A stretch of 64,000 nucleotides of DNA. It comes from Felis catus (taxonomy: Eukaryota). The notes under the pieces are model-generated. The model had not been told where the DNA came from. It did no database searches and saw only the letters and a program-made list of their open reading frames with translations. The position numbers and the translations under genes are program-made. The DNA is taken from assembly GCF_018350175.1 (NCBI RefSeq), contig NC_058368.1:14448001-14512000 (forward strand). Direction: 5' to 3'. Shown here piece after piece: positions 24,542 to 36,937 of this stretch. Every line of letters begins with the position of its first letter. Within the stretch, counting starts at the first letter, position 1.

Positions 24542-25145
24542 GAAAACTTTAAGCTGTTAGAGAAGGAACTGGGAACCATAGGAGCACTTTTGCAGTGTGT
24601 GTTCTTAGAATACTACCTCTAGAGAGGAAAAGAGCCTGCTTATGCCCTTTGGGGTCGCATCTGAAGCACAGCATTAGTAAGACAAAACCAGGCCAGAGTC
24701 CATCTCCTTTAACATTTCTCTCCCACTAAAACAGAATTTTCAGTAGAGATGGTCTTGAAACTAATTTGTAGGCTCATCATTATCCTAGCACTTAATACTT
24801 AGAAAGCCTTTAGAACTGACACATGAAGATTTAGGATATTTAATTATGCCTCCATTGTTTTTTTTATGTCAAAATTGGTTACTTTTCACTAAGATATTTA
24901 AAATAATTTTCTTAGGAATTATCCTGGGGTAATGATAATAACAGCCAACATTTGACATGCACTTCTTATGTAGTCATTGTGCTAAGCACTTTACATAGAT
25001 TTTCTCATTTTATCCTCACAACTTTATGATGGATTGCATCGGTTTTATAAGTTGCATTTCCTTTCATTTGTTACCTATTATTTCCCTACAATAGGTAAAT
25101 AGAATATACTGAAAAAAACAAGCAAACAAAAAAAAACTAAAAACA

Positions 25146-25298
25146 GGGCACCTGGGTGGTTCAGTTGATTGTCTGACTTCGACTCAGGTCATGATCTCAT
25201 GGTATGAGTTCGAGCCCCATGTCAGGCTCTGTGCTGACAGCTCGGAGTCTGGAGGCTGCTTTGGATTCTATGTCTCCCTTTCTCTCTGCCCCTCCCCT

Positions 25299-25345
<47 letters not shown>

Positions 25346-25380
25346 CTCTCTCTCTCTCTCAAAAATAAAACGTTAAAAAA
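25146..25380 (+). mobile_element. CanSINE with expanded (CT)n
   Basis: Head, B box gagttcgagcccc, tail. Confidence 0.93.
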
Positions 25381-25882
25381 GTTTTTTAATAATAAAAAAA
25401 TTCTAGTGTGTAATAAATCTTTTAGATGCCCCCACCTTTCCTAAAAGCCCTACACTATGGAAAGCCATGTGATAGGAGCAGAGGAGGCAAAGAAATGCAT
25501 TGAGGGAGCCATTCTCCACCTCCAAAGACTTCAGTCCTGTGTGGAACTGACAGACCTGTGAATATGCTAATCAACTTTGCTAATCAAAATTCAACTTTAG
25601 CTCAAAGTCTCTCTCTCTTCCTAATGTAATTAGTCATGTTTATTCATCCTATGAAAAAAATATAAAGAGAATTGCACTCAAGTATAGCCAGCAAAATATA
25701 CGTCTTAACACATACTTATCAATGCTTCAGTACTTCGGGTTCTGTTTATTAGGAATGGATGTGGGAGTTGTGTGGAGAACAGCTGAAGTTTACCTGATGA
25801 TGAGAGGCCATGTTGTGCAGAAAATTGTGAAGGGGAGACTTTATCTGTCTAAGAGAACATTTTCACACATTAGAAGTACAAC

Positions 25883-26002
25883 TTTTCTTTTCTTTTTTAA
25901 AGATTTTATTTTGAGGTAATTACTACACTCAACATGGGGCTCAAACTCATAACCCTGAGATCAAGAGTCACTCACTCCACCACGAAGCCAACCAGGTGCC
26001 CC
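25883..26002 (-). mobile_element. Short-type CanSINE, antisense
   Basis: aagattttatttt...catggggctcaaactcataaccctgagatcaagagtc...ccaggtgcccc. Confidence 0.88.
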
Positions 26003-26109
26003 AAAAATGTTTGTATTAAAAACTTTCTTAGCTATAAGAACACCCCAGAGCATAACCACAATGGAAAGGTCTTAGTGTGAGTTTGAAAGATTTTGCTTCG
26101 TTGTGGCAA

Positions 26110-26660
26110 GCAAGCTTTATTTTATTTTGACTTGTTGGTATAGCAATTTTCAAACATAAATAAAAGTACCAAAAATAACTAATACACTTAGTTATTACTA
26201 ATACACTTAGTACTTATATATTATAATTACTTACATGTTTAGCTTTGTTTTTGTTCTGCTGAAGTATTTTAAAGTAAATTAAAGATATATCATACCTTAC
26301 CCATAAATACTTTAGTATGAAAAAAGCATTTTTCTTCATAACCAGAACACCATCATCACCCCATACAAGACTGACAGTTAAAACTCCCTAGCATTATCTA
26401 ACACTGCGCTTTAAACCAGATTTTCCCACTTATCTCCCATATACCTTTAAAATTTGTTTTTTTCAAGCCAAGATTCAGTCAAGGACCTCACGTTGCACTT
26501 GATTTTTATGCCTCTCAAGTGTCTGTTAGAATAAAATAGCTCCTAACCAGCACCACCCCCCACTTTTTTCATGATATTGTGTCATCGAAGAGACTGTTCC
26601 AGTGTTTTTATAGAAATCTCAGCTTCTGGATTTGTCTTATTTTCTTCATGTTGTCATTAA
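26110..26660 (-). mobile_element. Ancient L1 (L1MC/ME-like) 3' region
   Basis: Degraded: aaagtaaatt...ccataaatactttagtat...aagattcagtcaaggacctcacgttgcacttg. Confidence 0.55.
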
Positions 26661-26879
26661 CTTTGTTTTAACTAGTGAAGTTTTGATATATGGTGATTCA
26701 AATATCAGTGAAAATTAAAAACAGGAATTTATATTTGGAAATATATGCTCTTTATTGTTTGCTAGCTGAAATATAAAGTTATTGTAGTTAGATTAAAATT
26801 TGTAGAAGTTTAAATGTTTTCTGGGTCATATAATTGAAAAAAAGCCCCTAACATTCTATACATGGGACAAACCAACTTC

Positions 26880-26939
26880 TTTTTTTTAATATAGTTTATT
26901 TATTTATTTTGAGAGAGAGCGAGCATGAGTGGGGGGAGG

Positions 26940-26983
<44 letters not shown>

Positions 26984-27102
26984 CCCAAGCAGACTCCACT
27001 TTGTCAGCATGGAGTCCAATGTGGGGCTCAAACTCACAAACCACGAGATCATGACCTGAGCTGAAGTTAGACACTTAACTGACTGAGCCACACAGGTGCC
27101 CC
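26880..27102 (-). mobile_element. CanSINE, antisense
   Basis: T-rich tail, (GA)n, ends caggtgcccc. Confidence 0.94.
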
Positions 27103-27264
27103 TATAAACCAAATTGTTAATCAAACAGTGCAAAGGGATTAGGGAAGACTAAAATCTCCATTATTCTCACTTGTCGTTTTATGTATATTCTTCAAAAATT
27201 TTTTCTCTGAATACTTAAGCAAAAATAAATTGCATATGTACTATAAGATTTTTAGGAAGCCATT

Positions 27265-27388
27265 GGGGGTGCCTGGGTGTCCCAGTCAGTTGAGCATCAG
27301 ACACTTGATATTGGCTTAGGGCATGATCTTATGGTTGAGAGTTTGAGACCCACGTCAGGCTCTGTGCCGAGCATGGAGTCTGCTTGGG

Positions 27389-27438
<50 letters not shown>

Positions 27439-27480
27439 TCTGTTTCTCTCTCTCTCTCTCGATCTGCCTCTTTCTCTGTC

Positions 27481-27514
<34 letters not shown>

Positions 27515-27545
27515 AAAATAAATAAATAAGCTCTTTAAAAAAAAA
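27265..27545 (+). mobile_element. CanSINE with long (CT)n expansion
   Basis: Head gggggtgcctgggtg; about 120 nt CT-rich tract; tail. Confidence 0.93.
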
Positions 27546-27639
27546 GAAAGAAAACTATTGATAATGCTGTGATGCTGAAATTGCTTATGATGCAAATGGC
27601 CTTTTTCAACCCTGGTACTCATAATAATAATTTACTATT

Positions 27640-28256
27640 ACCTATAATCCATTCTCCACACAACCATTGGAATTATCTTTATAAAGCCTACTTCAGGTCT
27701 TGTTTTTGTCCTGCTTAAAAGCATTCGTTGACCCTCCCCTTCACTTACCATAAAATATGTTTCATTTCCCTGATCTACAAACCCATATGATGTACCTCTA
27801 CCTATTTTATCACCTCATCTCCTAAACTCTTCCTCTCGTCCGCTATACTTTAGGCACAGTCTTTCTGTTCCCTGAACATGTCAGTCAGGACACCTTAGGC
27901 CTTTGTACCAGCTCTTCCTCTGTCGTGAATTCTCATTCTTGAATTGCATTTGACCAGCTCCTTCTGGGTATTTACATCTCTGCTTAGAGTTTCTCCTTGA
28001 GAGATGCCTTGCTTATCACCCGGGCGCTCCTATCGTATTAATTCTGTTTTAATTGTCAGTAAAGCACTTATCTCTGGTATTTTCTCATTTACCTAATTGT
28101 TTATTTAGAATACATCTGTTTCTGCTCTAAAAACACACACACGTACACACACACACGAATACAAGCTTCATGAAAACAGCAACCTCATTTATCTTATTGT
28201 AGGGCCTAGAGTAATTTCTGACACATAGTAGGCACTCAGTATTCACTGAACGAATT
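27640..28256 (+). mobile_element. L2 3' end
   Basis: Ends ctgacacatagtaggcactcagtattcactgaacgaat, the typical L2 terminus. Confidence 0.75.
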
Positions 28257-28332
28257 TATCTTGGAGTTTTTTCAAATCAACCTTTTCAGTTAGATGCATA
28301 ATATGCAGCAGTATGGGTATATCATCATTTAT

Positions 28333-28520
28333 GTAACATTTAATTAGTTTTGAGAGACAGAGTGTGAGTGGGGGAGGGGCAGAGAGCGAGGGAGACAGAA
28401 TCTTAAGCAGGCTCCAGGCTAGTAGCAAAGAACCGGACGAGGGCTCAAACTCACGAATTGGTGAGATCATGACCTGAGCTGAAGTCAGCCACTTAACCAA
28501 CTGAACCATCCAGGAACCCC
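28333..28520 (-). mobile_element. CanSINE, antisense
   Basis: TSD atca(t/c)catttat at 28321 and 28521. Confidence 0.92.
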
Positions 28521-28543
28521 ATCACCATTTATTTAAATAGTCC

Positions 28544-29302
28544 AAATCAAAACCACACTGAGATATCACCTCACACCAGTCAGAGTGGCTAAAATGAACA
28601 AATCAGGAGACTATAGATGCTGGAGAAACGGGAATCCTCTTGCACTGTTGGTGGGAATGCGAACTGGTGCAGCCACTCTGGAAAACAGTGTGGAGGTTCC
28701 TCAAAAAGTTAAAAATAGATCTACCCTATGACCCAGCAGTAGCACTGCTAGGAATTTACCCAAGGGATACAGGAGTCCTGATGCATAGGGGCACTTGTGC
28801 CCCAATGTTTATAGCAGCACTCTCAACAATAGCCAAATTGTGGAAAGAGCCTAAATGTCCATCAACTGGTGAATGGATAAAGAAATTGTGGTTTATGTAC
28901 ACAATGGAATACTACTTGGCAATGAGAAAGAATGAAATATGGCCTTTTGTATCAATGTGGATGGAACTGGAGAGGGTTATGCTAAGTGAAATAAGTCATA
29001 CAGAGAAAGACAGACACCATATGTTTTCACTCTTATGTGGATCCTGAGAAACTTAACAGAAGACCATGGGGGAGAGGAAGGAAAAAAAAAAGTTAGAGAG
29101 GGAGGGATCCAAACCATAAGAGACTCTTAAAAACTGAGAATAAACTGAGGGTTGATGGGGGGGTGGGAGGGAGGGGAAAGTGGGTGATGGGCATTGAGGA
29201 GGGCACCTGTTGGGATGAGCACTGGGTGTTGTATAGAAACCAATTTGACAATAAAGTTCATATTTAAAAAAAGGTAACGTATGTAAATAAAATAATAATA
29301 AA
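28544..29302 (+). mobile_element. 5'-truncated felid L1 (ORF2 C-terminus + 3'UTR + A tail)
   Basis: ORF 28640-29047 [31 protein letters not shown] is the L1 ORF2p cysteine-rich C-terminus; G-rich 3'UTR; TSD taaat(a/t)gtcc at 28534 and 29303. Confidence 0.95.
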
Positions 29303-29659
29303 TAAATTGTCCTTTATTGGATAGTTAGACTACACCTGGTTTTGTTTTGTTTTGTTTTGTTGCCATTTCAAGCAATGCTGTGAGAAATACAAATATCCTT
29401 GTATCTGATTCTGTCCATGTTATAAATTTCTCCAAGTGGAATGATTGGATCAAAAGCAAGTGCATATTTTTAAAAATATTACCAGTTTGCCCCATGAGAA
29501 ATTTATACCAATTTATATTCCTACCAACATTATTATGACATATCATGTTTTGCTATACACTGGCTAACATTGATACTGTGAAACTTAATTTTTGACAATC
29601 TAATGAATAAAAATAGAGTTTATTTGACATTTTAAAACTTGCCAGTGTACTTCTGACTT

Positions 29660-30330
29660 TTAACTGTAAGGAACGGAAAATCAACTTAAACTGGCTATAA
29701 CTTCAAATGTAAAGTTTTTATTGGCCCATATAACTGAGAAATCAGCAGGGCACCTGGGTGGCGTAGCCGGTTGGGCATCCAACTTTTGGTTTCGGCTCAG
29801 GTGGTCATCACATGGTTTTTGAGTTCAAGACCTGCATCAGATTCTCTCTCTCCTTCTCTCTCTGCACCCTCCCCCAACTCGCACTGTCTCTGCTCTCTCA
29901 AAATAAATAAATAAACTTTAAAAAAAATAACTAAGAAGTTGGGGATTGGTCAGTTCAGGAAAACTGAATCCAAAGGCCCACCAGTGTCATGGGACACTAC
30001 ATCTCTGGTATTTTTTCTCTTTGGCTTCATTTGGAGACAGGCTTCCTTATGTTACTGCAGTGATGCCTTTGTAACCCCACTAGAAAAAGAGAAACCTTCT
30101 TTCCCAGATAGTTTCAGCAAAATTTCATTGGAGTAAGTTGAATCATCGGCTCTTAGTAGCCATATGGATAGAAGATGCTGATTGACAGGTCTGGATCACA
30201 TGCTCACCCAGGGCATCTGGTACTGGAGTCAGCCCACCTGAACCAGGTATACGGAGAGTAGGGAAGGAGTGGTTCATAAAGGAAGAAAGAGTAATGCATG
30301 GTGAACAGAAAGAGAGTATATATCCAGTAT
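29660..30330. mobile_element. MLT1-like LTR relic (interrupted by a SINE, embedded in an old L1 at about 29440-30620)
   Basis: ctgtaaggaacggaaaatcaacttaaactggct...ttattggcccatataactgagaa; gatgctgattgacaggtctggatcacatgctcacc. Confidence 0.55.
29748..29927 (+). mobile_element. CanSINE with internal deletion
   Basis: Head and B box join directly to attctctctc (middle missing); TSD-like ataact(g/a)agaa. Confidence 0.88.
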
Positions 30331-31942
30331 ACTGGATCAGCTGGTGCTGTTTTTCCTATATATATTGGAAATTTGCATCTATAAATTGCCTGTTCATCTC
30401 ATTTGCTCATTTACTCAATTAGATTATTCATCGGTTTCTTATTGATTTGTAAGGGCTCACTTTTTAAGGAAATTAGCCTTTTATCATATGTGCTATAAAT
30501 ATTTTTTACTTTGTTGTTTGTCTTTTGATTTTGCCTAAAATTTTTCTCTAAAGTTTACATGTGGAAATTTAAATGTTATATAATCAGATCAGTCAGTCTT
30601 CCCTCACTCAGAATTTATTATGTACCTAAAAAGAACCAAGTACTGTATTAGGTTCTCAGAACATAGAGATGAATAAAAGCGATTGCCTTGAAGGGCTAGT
30701 CTACTGGGTAAAAAAAAGTCATAAACCTGCCTATTACCAGATAGTGAGTGTCCTGTAGGCCTTCACAGATGAAATTTGAGCTGCTTCCGGAAGAATGCAT
30801 TGAAATTCCCTGGTCAGATAAGAAAAGAGGCAGGGAGTTTCCTTGAGCACAGAAGCATCTGTAGGTATGATTTCTATACGGTCAGTCATAACTGAGAATT
30901 TTAAGAATGATGATAGATAGCTCATGACTGAACAAAATGAAAAGACAAGAATTCTTGAAGCTTCTTCTCAGGATTCCCAAGCCCTTGGTTACTATAGTGA
31001 AAGATAACAAGGTAAGTTCGATATGTTAGAAGCTCAGATATGTTGAGAGTATTGAGATAACAAAAGCGATACTTAGTTAGTGAGCCAAACAGATCAATGG
31101 GCTCCACCCCGCTTCCAGCTGTGTGTAGCACAAAGCTTCCGCCGGTTCTGTGAAATGGATAGCCTCTGACTAGCAATGTGATCTTGATTTGACTTTCCTT
31201 CATTGTTCTCATTTATAATGTGAGAGAGTTGGACTGGTAGGCCTGTAGGGTGTATTCCATTTCTGAGGATCTGTGATGGTTGAGGAATTAAGTAGGCAGT
31301 TATAGAAGAAAAAAATGACATCAAGATCAGAATTTCATATTTAGCAATGAAATGGCAGTGTAGTGCTGTGGAAAGAATAGGGGCTCTGGTACCTGTTTCC
31401 TCCTCATGAAATTGGGTTCATAATGAATGCCTTGCCCACCTCAGAAACTTATGAAAATCAATCTAGAAAATGGATGTGAAAACATGTGTTATATAAATAT
31501 ATAGTACCATTAGCATTTGCAAGCCGAGAGCACTCACAATCGCAAGCTCGTAAATATTTTACATACACAAGTAGAATCCTAATACTGTGAACATGGCGAG
31601 GATTTTCAAGTTCTTTTTGAAATACCAGACTTCAGTATTATTAATATGACTTTAATTGGACCTCTGATTCCTCCTTAAAACCCTTTTTTATTCCTAAAAC
31701 TTGTGATCTATTTTAATGGCATTGACTATGCCTCAAGCCAATCTACGTTGATTTTATTTTTTTACATTCAATAAATTTAATTTATATTTATATTTTATTT
31801 TGTGGTGATTTGTTTCTTTTTTTATTTGATTTGATTTTTTTATTTATGTTTTAGCTAGTTAATATGTAGTGCGATGTTGCTTCCAGAAGTAGAATTCAGT
31901 GATTCGTCACTTAAGTACAACACCCAGTGCTCATACCTTCTT

Positions 31943-32168
31943 TTCTTTTTTTTTAATTTTTTTAACGTTTACTTACTATTGAGAGAGAGACGCACACAGA
32001 GCATGACCAGGGGAGGAGCAGAGAGAGGGAGAGACACAGAATCCAAAGCAGGCTCCAGGCTCCGAGCTGTCAGCACAGAGCCCGACGCGGAGCTCAAACT
32101 CACAAACTGCGAGATCATGACCTGAGCCGAAGTGGGTCGCTCGGGCAACTGAGCTACCCAGGAACCCC
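31943..32168 (-). mobile_element. CanSINE (SINEC_Fc-type), antisense
   Basis: Full length; ends cccaggaacccc. Confidence 0.94.
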
Positions 32169-32174
32169 AAAATA

Positions 32175-32356
32175 TTTTTTGTTGTTTATTTTTTTGAGAA
32201 AGAATGAGAGGGGGAGGGGCAGAGAGGTTGGAGGTGACAGAGAATCCAAAGAGGGTATCAGCAGCAAGCCCCAATGCAGGGCTCAAACCATGAACCATGA
32301 GATCACGGCCTGAGCTGAAGTCAGATGCTCAACTGACTAAGCCACCAAGGGACCCC
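32175..32356 (-). mobile_element. CanSINE, antisense, older
   Basis: ctcataccttctt flanks the two-SINE block at 31930 and 32361. Confidence 0.9.
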
Positions 32357-32550
32357 TTTACTCATACCTTCTTAATACCCGTCACCCATCCAGCCCATCT
32401 CCCTCCCACCTCCCTCCATGAACCCTAAGTTTGTTCTCTATCATTAAGAGTGTCTTGTGGTTTGTTTTCCTCTCTCCTCTTTCTCCCCCCCCCCCCGTAT
32501 GTTTATCTGTTTTGTTCCTTAAATTCCACATGAGTGATGTCATGTGATAT

Positions 32551-32993
32551 TTGATAAAAACCCTTAACAAAGTAGGGATAGAGGGAACATACCTCAACAT
32601 CACAAAGGCCATATACAAAAGACTCACAGCTAGTATCATCCTCAATGGGGAAAAACTGAGAACCTTTCCCCTGTGGGCAGGAACAAGACAAGGATGCCCA
32701 TTTCACCATTACTACTTAATTTAGTACTAGAAGTCTTAGCCTCAGCCTCAGCCTCAGCCTCAGCCTCAGACAACAAAAAGAAATAAAGGCATGCAAATCA
32801 GCAAAGAAGAAGTCAAATTTAACTATTTGCAGATGACATGATACTTTATGTAGAAAACCCAAAAAATTGCCAGAACATCATGAATTCAGAGTCGCAGGAT
32901 ATAAAATCAGTGTGTGGAAATCTATTTCTATACACCAACAACGAAGCAACCATAAAAGAAATCAAGGAATCAATCCCATTTACAATTGCACCA
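32551..32993 (+). mobile_element. L1 ORF2 (reverse transcriptase region) fragment, inverted relative to the adjacent L1 3' end
   Basis: ataaaaacccttaacaaagtagggatagagggaacatacctcaac...ggaacaagacaaggatgccca...tttgcagatgacatgatacttt (GTRQGCP and FADDMI motifs). Confidence 0.92.
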
Positions 32994-33362
32994 CATTTAT
33001 TTTTGATGCATTTATTCATAATACAGCTGTATGCCCAGACTCGCACATTCTCTAAAGTTCTTTTTATTCCTCATAGAGTACCATTTACCCAGTTAGTGTT
33101 TTTTTATTTAAATTATCTTTGTTACTCATTTTTACCTCTTTAATTTATATACCTGTCCCATAAAACTGGTAAGGTTTTATAAAGATAGAAAAGTATTGAT
33201 AGGTCAAAGCTAAAAGAAAAGAAAATAGGAAAATGTAATCAAAGCAAAAGTTTGCACTCAGAAATACGTACCGTAAGGATTCTAGCCAGAACTTTTCAGG
33301 GAGCACTACTTCTATTGCCTGTTAATAGTTATTATAAAAACAAGAAGAAGGATGAAGTTTTA

Positions 33363-33365
<3 letters not shown>

Positions 33366-33459
<94 letters not shown>

Positions 33460-33461
33460 AA
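33366..33461. repeat. (GAAA)n tetranucleotide microsatellite, about 24 units
   Basis: Read directly. Confidence 0.95.
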
Positions 33462-33734
33462 CATTGGTATGAACAAAATTAACCAATTCTTTTTATAGTA
33501 GTATTTCTCAGAGCCCTTAATAACATAAATCTCCATGAGCATCTGTAAGGATCTTTGCTCCATATAATAAAGTCACAGGTTTGTTTTTTGTTTTTTGTTT
33601 TCAGGAAAACAAAGCTTTTTGTGGTATTTAAGACTGAGACAAATGTCTCTGTTTAATATTCAAACAGGGGAAATAGAGTGATAGAGTAGAGAAAATCCTC
33701 AACACCATTTCTTTGGTAAATTCAGTTGTATTTT

Positions 33735-33977
33735 GGGGTGCCTGGGTGGCTTAATCAATTAAGCATCCGACTCTTGATTTTGGCTCAGGTCCTGATCTCC
33801 ATGGTTGGTGGGTTCGAGCCCCCGTGCCTGGCTCCACACTGACAGTGGGAGCATGCTTGGGATTCTCTCTCCCTCTATCTCTGCCCCTGTCCCGTGTGCT
33901 TGCGCGCGCCCGCGCGCGCGCTCTCTCTCTCTCTCTCTCTCAAAATAAGTAAATAAACTTAAAAAAAAAGAACATTT
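33735..33977 (+). mobile_element. CanSINE
   Basis: TSD taaattca(g/a)ttgt(a/g)tttt at 33717 and 33978. Confidence 0.94.
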
Positions 33978-34565
33978 TAAATTCAATTGTGTTTTATGTA
34001 ATGTTACCTGTATAATTTTCCACCAATTTTATACGGAAAATAGTTCTTTTTGCAAGCTACGTACACTTTGTAGCAGTTTGAGAAACTGGATCATAAGAAT
34101 AAAGTGCTGCAGAAGTGGGATTTTTATTTTTCATTTTTGCACTGCGATCTGCTACACTTTATCTGTCACAGCGTCAAATTGTGGCATACAAACTGACCAG
34201 AACAAAATCATAATAAATCTAATAGCAGGTTGTAAACTTTCAATTAAACCTGTTCATATGGAAACACCTAAAAGGCATAGAGGTGGCTGTTCCTAAAAGC
34301 CTACTGTTTGTGAGAAATGGAAATTGGCAACAATTGCTATGGTTACTATGGTAAAAATGAGAAAAGATTACAAAATAGATTTACTTGTAAATGTAAAATT
34401 TACATTTTATTGAGTGAAGTTTTACTTTTTCACCAGAATTCCTGCCTTATTTGTTTGCTAAATCCAATGGTTTTGACATTGCATTATTTGCTCAAATTTT
34501 AAAACGATAACATACTTACCACCATATCAACTTATACATGGGTCAGTAGGTAATTATAGACAGGT

Positions 34566-34608
34566 AGATGATAGATAGATAGATAGATAGACAGATACAC
34601 ACACACAC
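34566..34608. repeat. (GATA)n/(CA)n microsatellite
   Basis: Read directly. Confidence 0.85.
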
Positions 34609-35899
34609 TGTATGTTTGGATCCCATAAGAAAATATGTCATCTGTGATGAAATTTTCATTTCTCAGACATTTTGAAGCATTTTTCCTTTACATGATTTAT
34701 TGCTAATTGATTATTAGAACAAAATTATAAATAAATAACAAGAACAAATTAGATCATATACATTTTGTTTTATAAAATTCATTCCTAAATGTGTTAGATG
34801 AAAATTCAAACTTGGAAACATATTTTAAGAAGTTACTAAGGGAGGCATATACATACTTTAATACTGTGCAACTGTTTCCTACAAAATATTATTCTTTAAA
34901 ACATTCCAATAAAGTGACATTGGATGAAACTTGAGTAAACTTAAAAGTGTAAATATTTATTTTATCCCTTTTTCAGTAGTTGAGGAGAAGGCTGGAAAAT
35001 ATTAGAGGAAGGACTTTTACCTTTTTCAAGAAGGTTTTGTGAGGTCTTACAGAACCAACAATCTCAAATAATGGCAATCTTTACAGATCGTGCAGACATT
35101 TTATGCGTGTGAAAGATCCATTAACATATTCAAGACAGAACAAGGTATTAAACATTTTAAATGCTTTGAAAAAATAGACTTTTAACACTGAGTTAGAAAA
35201 ACAGACGTCTGTACCTCTAGGAAAGTATAAAATATGTTGGCCATCTTAAATGAAAAAGGATGTCAATTCCATTACAGCTCACATTCATTCTACTGTAGTC
35301 ATTACCCTTTTACCAAAACATTAATGACACATTTGTTTTAAATATTATTAATATTTTATACGACATTTAAATGACATAGCCTTTTTATTTCTATGTAAAA
35401 AGATTTGAGAGATGAACAGTGAAATTTAGCAAAGAAAATTTAAGCCTTCAAACATTTAGAAACATATTAAAACAAAAGTTCTTAGTATCTTTTGAATAAT
35501 TAAGTTAAACCAAAGTTTTAAAAAAATTTTTTAATAAGTGTTTTAGTCTTTAAGTTATAATTAGGTTAAAGAAAAATGAACATAGTTTACAAATAATTTT
35601 AATGTTAAAGATAAGAGCCATTGCAAGTAAGAGTTTATTATAGAAATTCTAACAGACTTTTAACTGCTGACATCATTGTGTTATTTGAATTAGTCCCCTG
35701 GGACCCAAAGAAAAAGCTTACAAGCAATTCATAAATGAATCTTTCTCTCTTGTGTAACACCATTTGTCCCATTGAAACACTAATTTTCTACTACTTATCT
35801 TGTTAAAATTAAGCCCTGGGGGGAACTTCATAGTTAACTAGTAATATTAAATTTTGAATAAAGGAGTTCTATATTATACTTAGTATTTATCTTTTCTTT

Positions 35900-35952
<53 letters not shown>

Positions 35953-36011
35953 GTATATATATATATACACACACATATATATATACATATATATATGTAT
36001 ATATATATATA
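35900..36011. repeat. Compound (CT)n(TA)n microsatellite
   Basis: Read directly. Confidence 0.92.
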
Positions 36012-36215
36012 GTATGCATCCTAAAACAAAATAATGCAGCTATTATCTATCATGAGAATGGACTCCATGTCCCATAAACCAAAATCAGACAAAAGCTGAA
36101 GCTAAAACAATTTGTTCCTTGAAATCATGAAGACTATATGCTAGAAATTCTTAATGATTATGTGTGCCAAGAAGTTGGAGACAATGATCCAATTAACACA
36201 TGCTTTGCTGAAAAA

Positions 36216-36218
<3 letters not shown>

Positions 36219-36263
<45 letters not shown>
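36219..36263. repeat. (TG)n microsatellite
   Basis: Read directly. Confidence 0.95.
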
Positions 36264-36266
<3 letters not shown>

Positions 36267-36937
36267 GCTCAGGATACTGAGCTTCACTATAGGGATTAAC
36301 ATCATAATTGGGAGTGTGGTGGTACTGATAGGAAAGGTCTTAGTGACCTTACAAAATGCTTTCTAGGGAATCTGAATTGTCTGGATTATTTTCATCAGGT
36401 TTGTACTTTCACTTAATAAAAAGAATACATGATTCATTTGTATGGTAACAGAATGGAACTAGCATTCCAACAGGGTTTCCTTATGGGTCATTATTATCTT
36501 TCACAATCTGGGTGGTCCTCTAGTAAGATAAGGTTTTCTCTAATATGGTTATCACATGGTCAACTTCCTCACTTTCTCCTCATTGGATTTCCTATGATCA
36601 AGCTAGACTTTTATTATGATTATTGTTACGGAGGCAGGCAAATGACATTAAAAGTATTGGTTTTGCCTTGATAGTTTAAACTAGATCATTCCTAGTAATC
36701 CAGTTTGCTGAAACTTTTTGTAAATCCAGAAACTGTGCACATATAAGTCATCCTCCTGAGAGATTTTTAGCAAGTAATCAATATAAAAATCAAATTTGAT
36801 GAAACATAATACAAAATAATTTCTTTATGCTCTATGGTTAAATGAATGGATGGTAAATACTTTCAGGATAAATAGTTATAATATAGAATGTTTAATATGA
36901 CTGTATTAAGTGAAAGTCTTCTTTTCTCTTTGTATAG

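Larger units (their letters stand above)
31830..32553 (-). mobile_element. Carnivore L1 3' end, antisense (interrupted by two SINEs)
   Basis: gtagaattcagtgattcgtcactt...cacccagtgctcat...|...aaccctaagtttgttctctatcattaagagt...aaattccacatgagtga. Confidence 0.9.

Noticed and set aside
28640..29047. 135-aa ORF as a host gene
   Set aside because: It is the C-terminus of L1 ORF2p in a 5'-truncated insertion with a TSD; there is no promoter or true start.
33366..33461. CRISPR-like array or low-complexity protein (KKER repeats)
   Set aside because: It is a simple (GAAA)n microsatellite with no spacers, in a eukaryotic intron.
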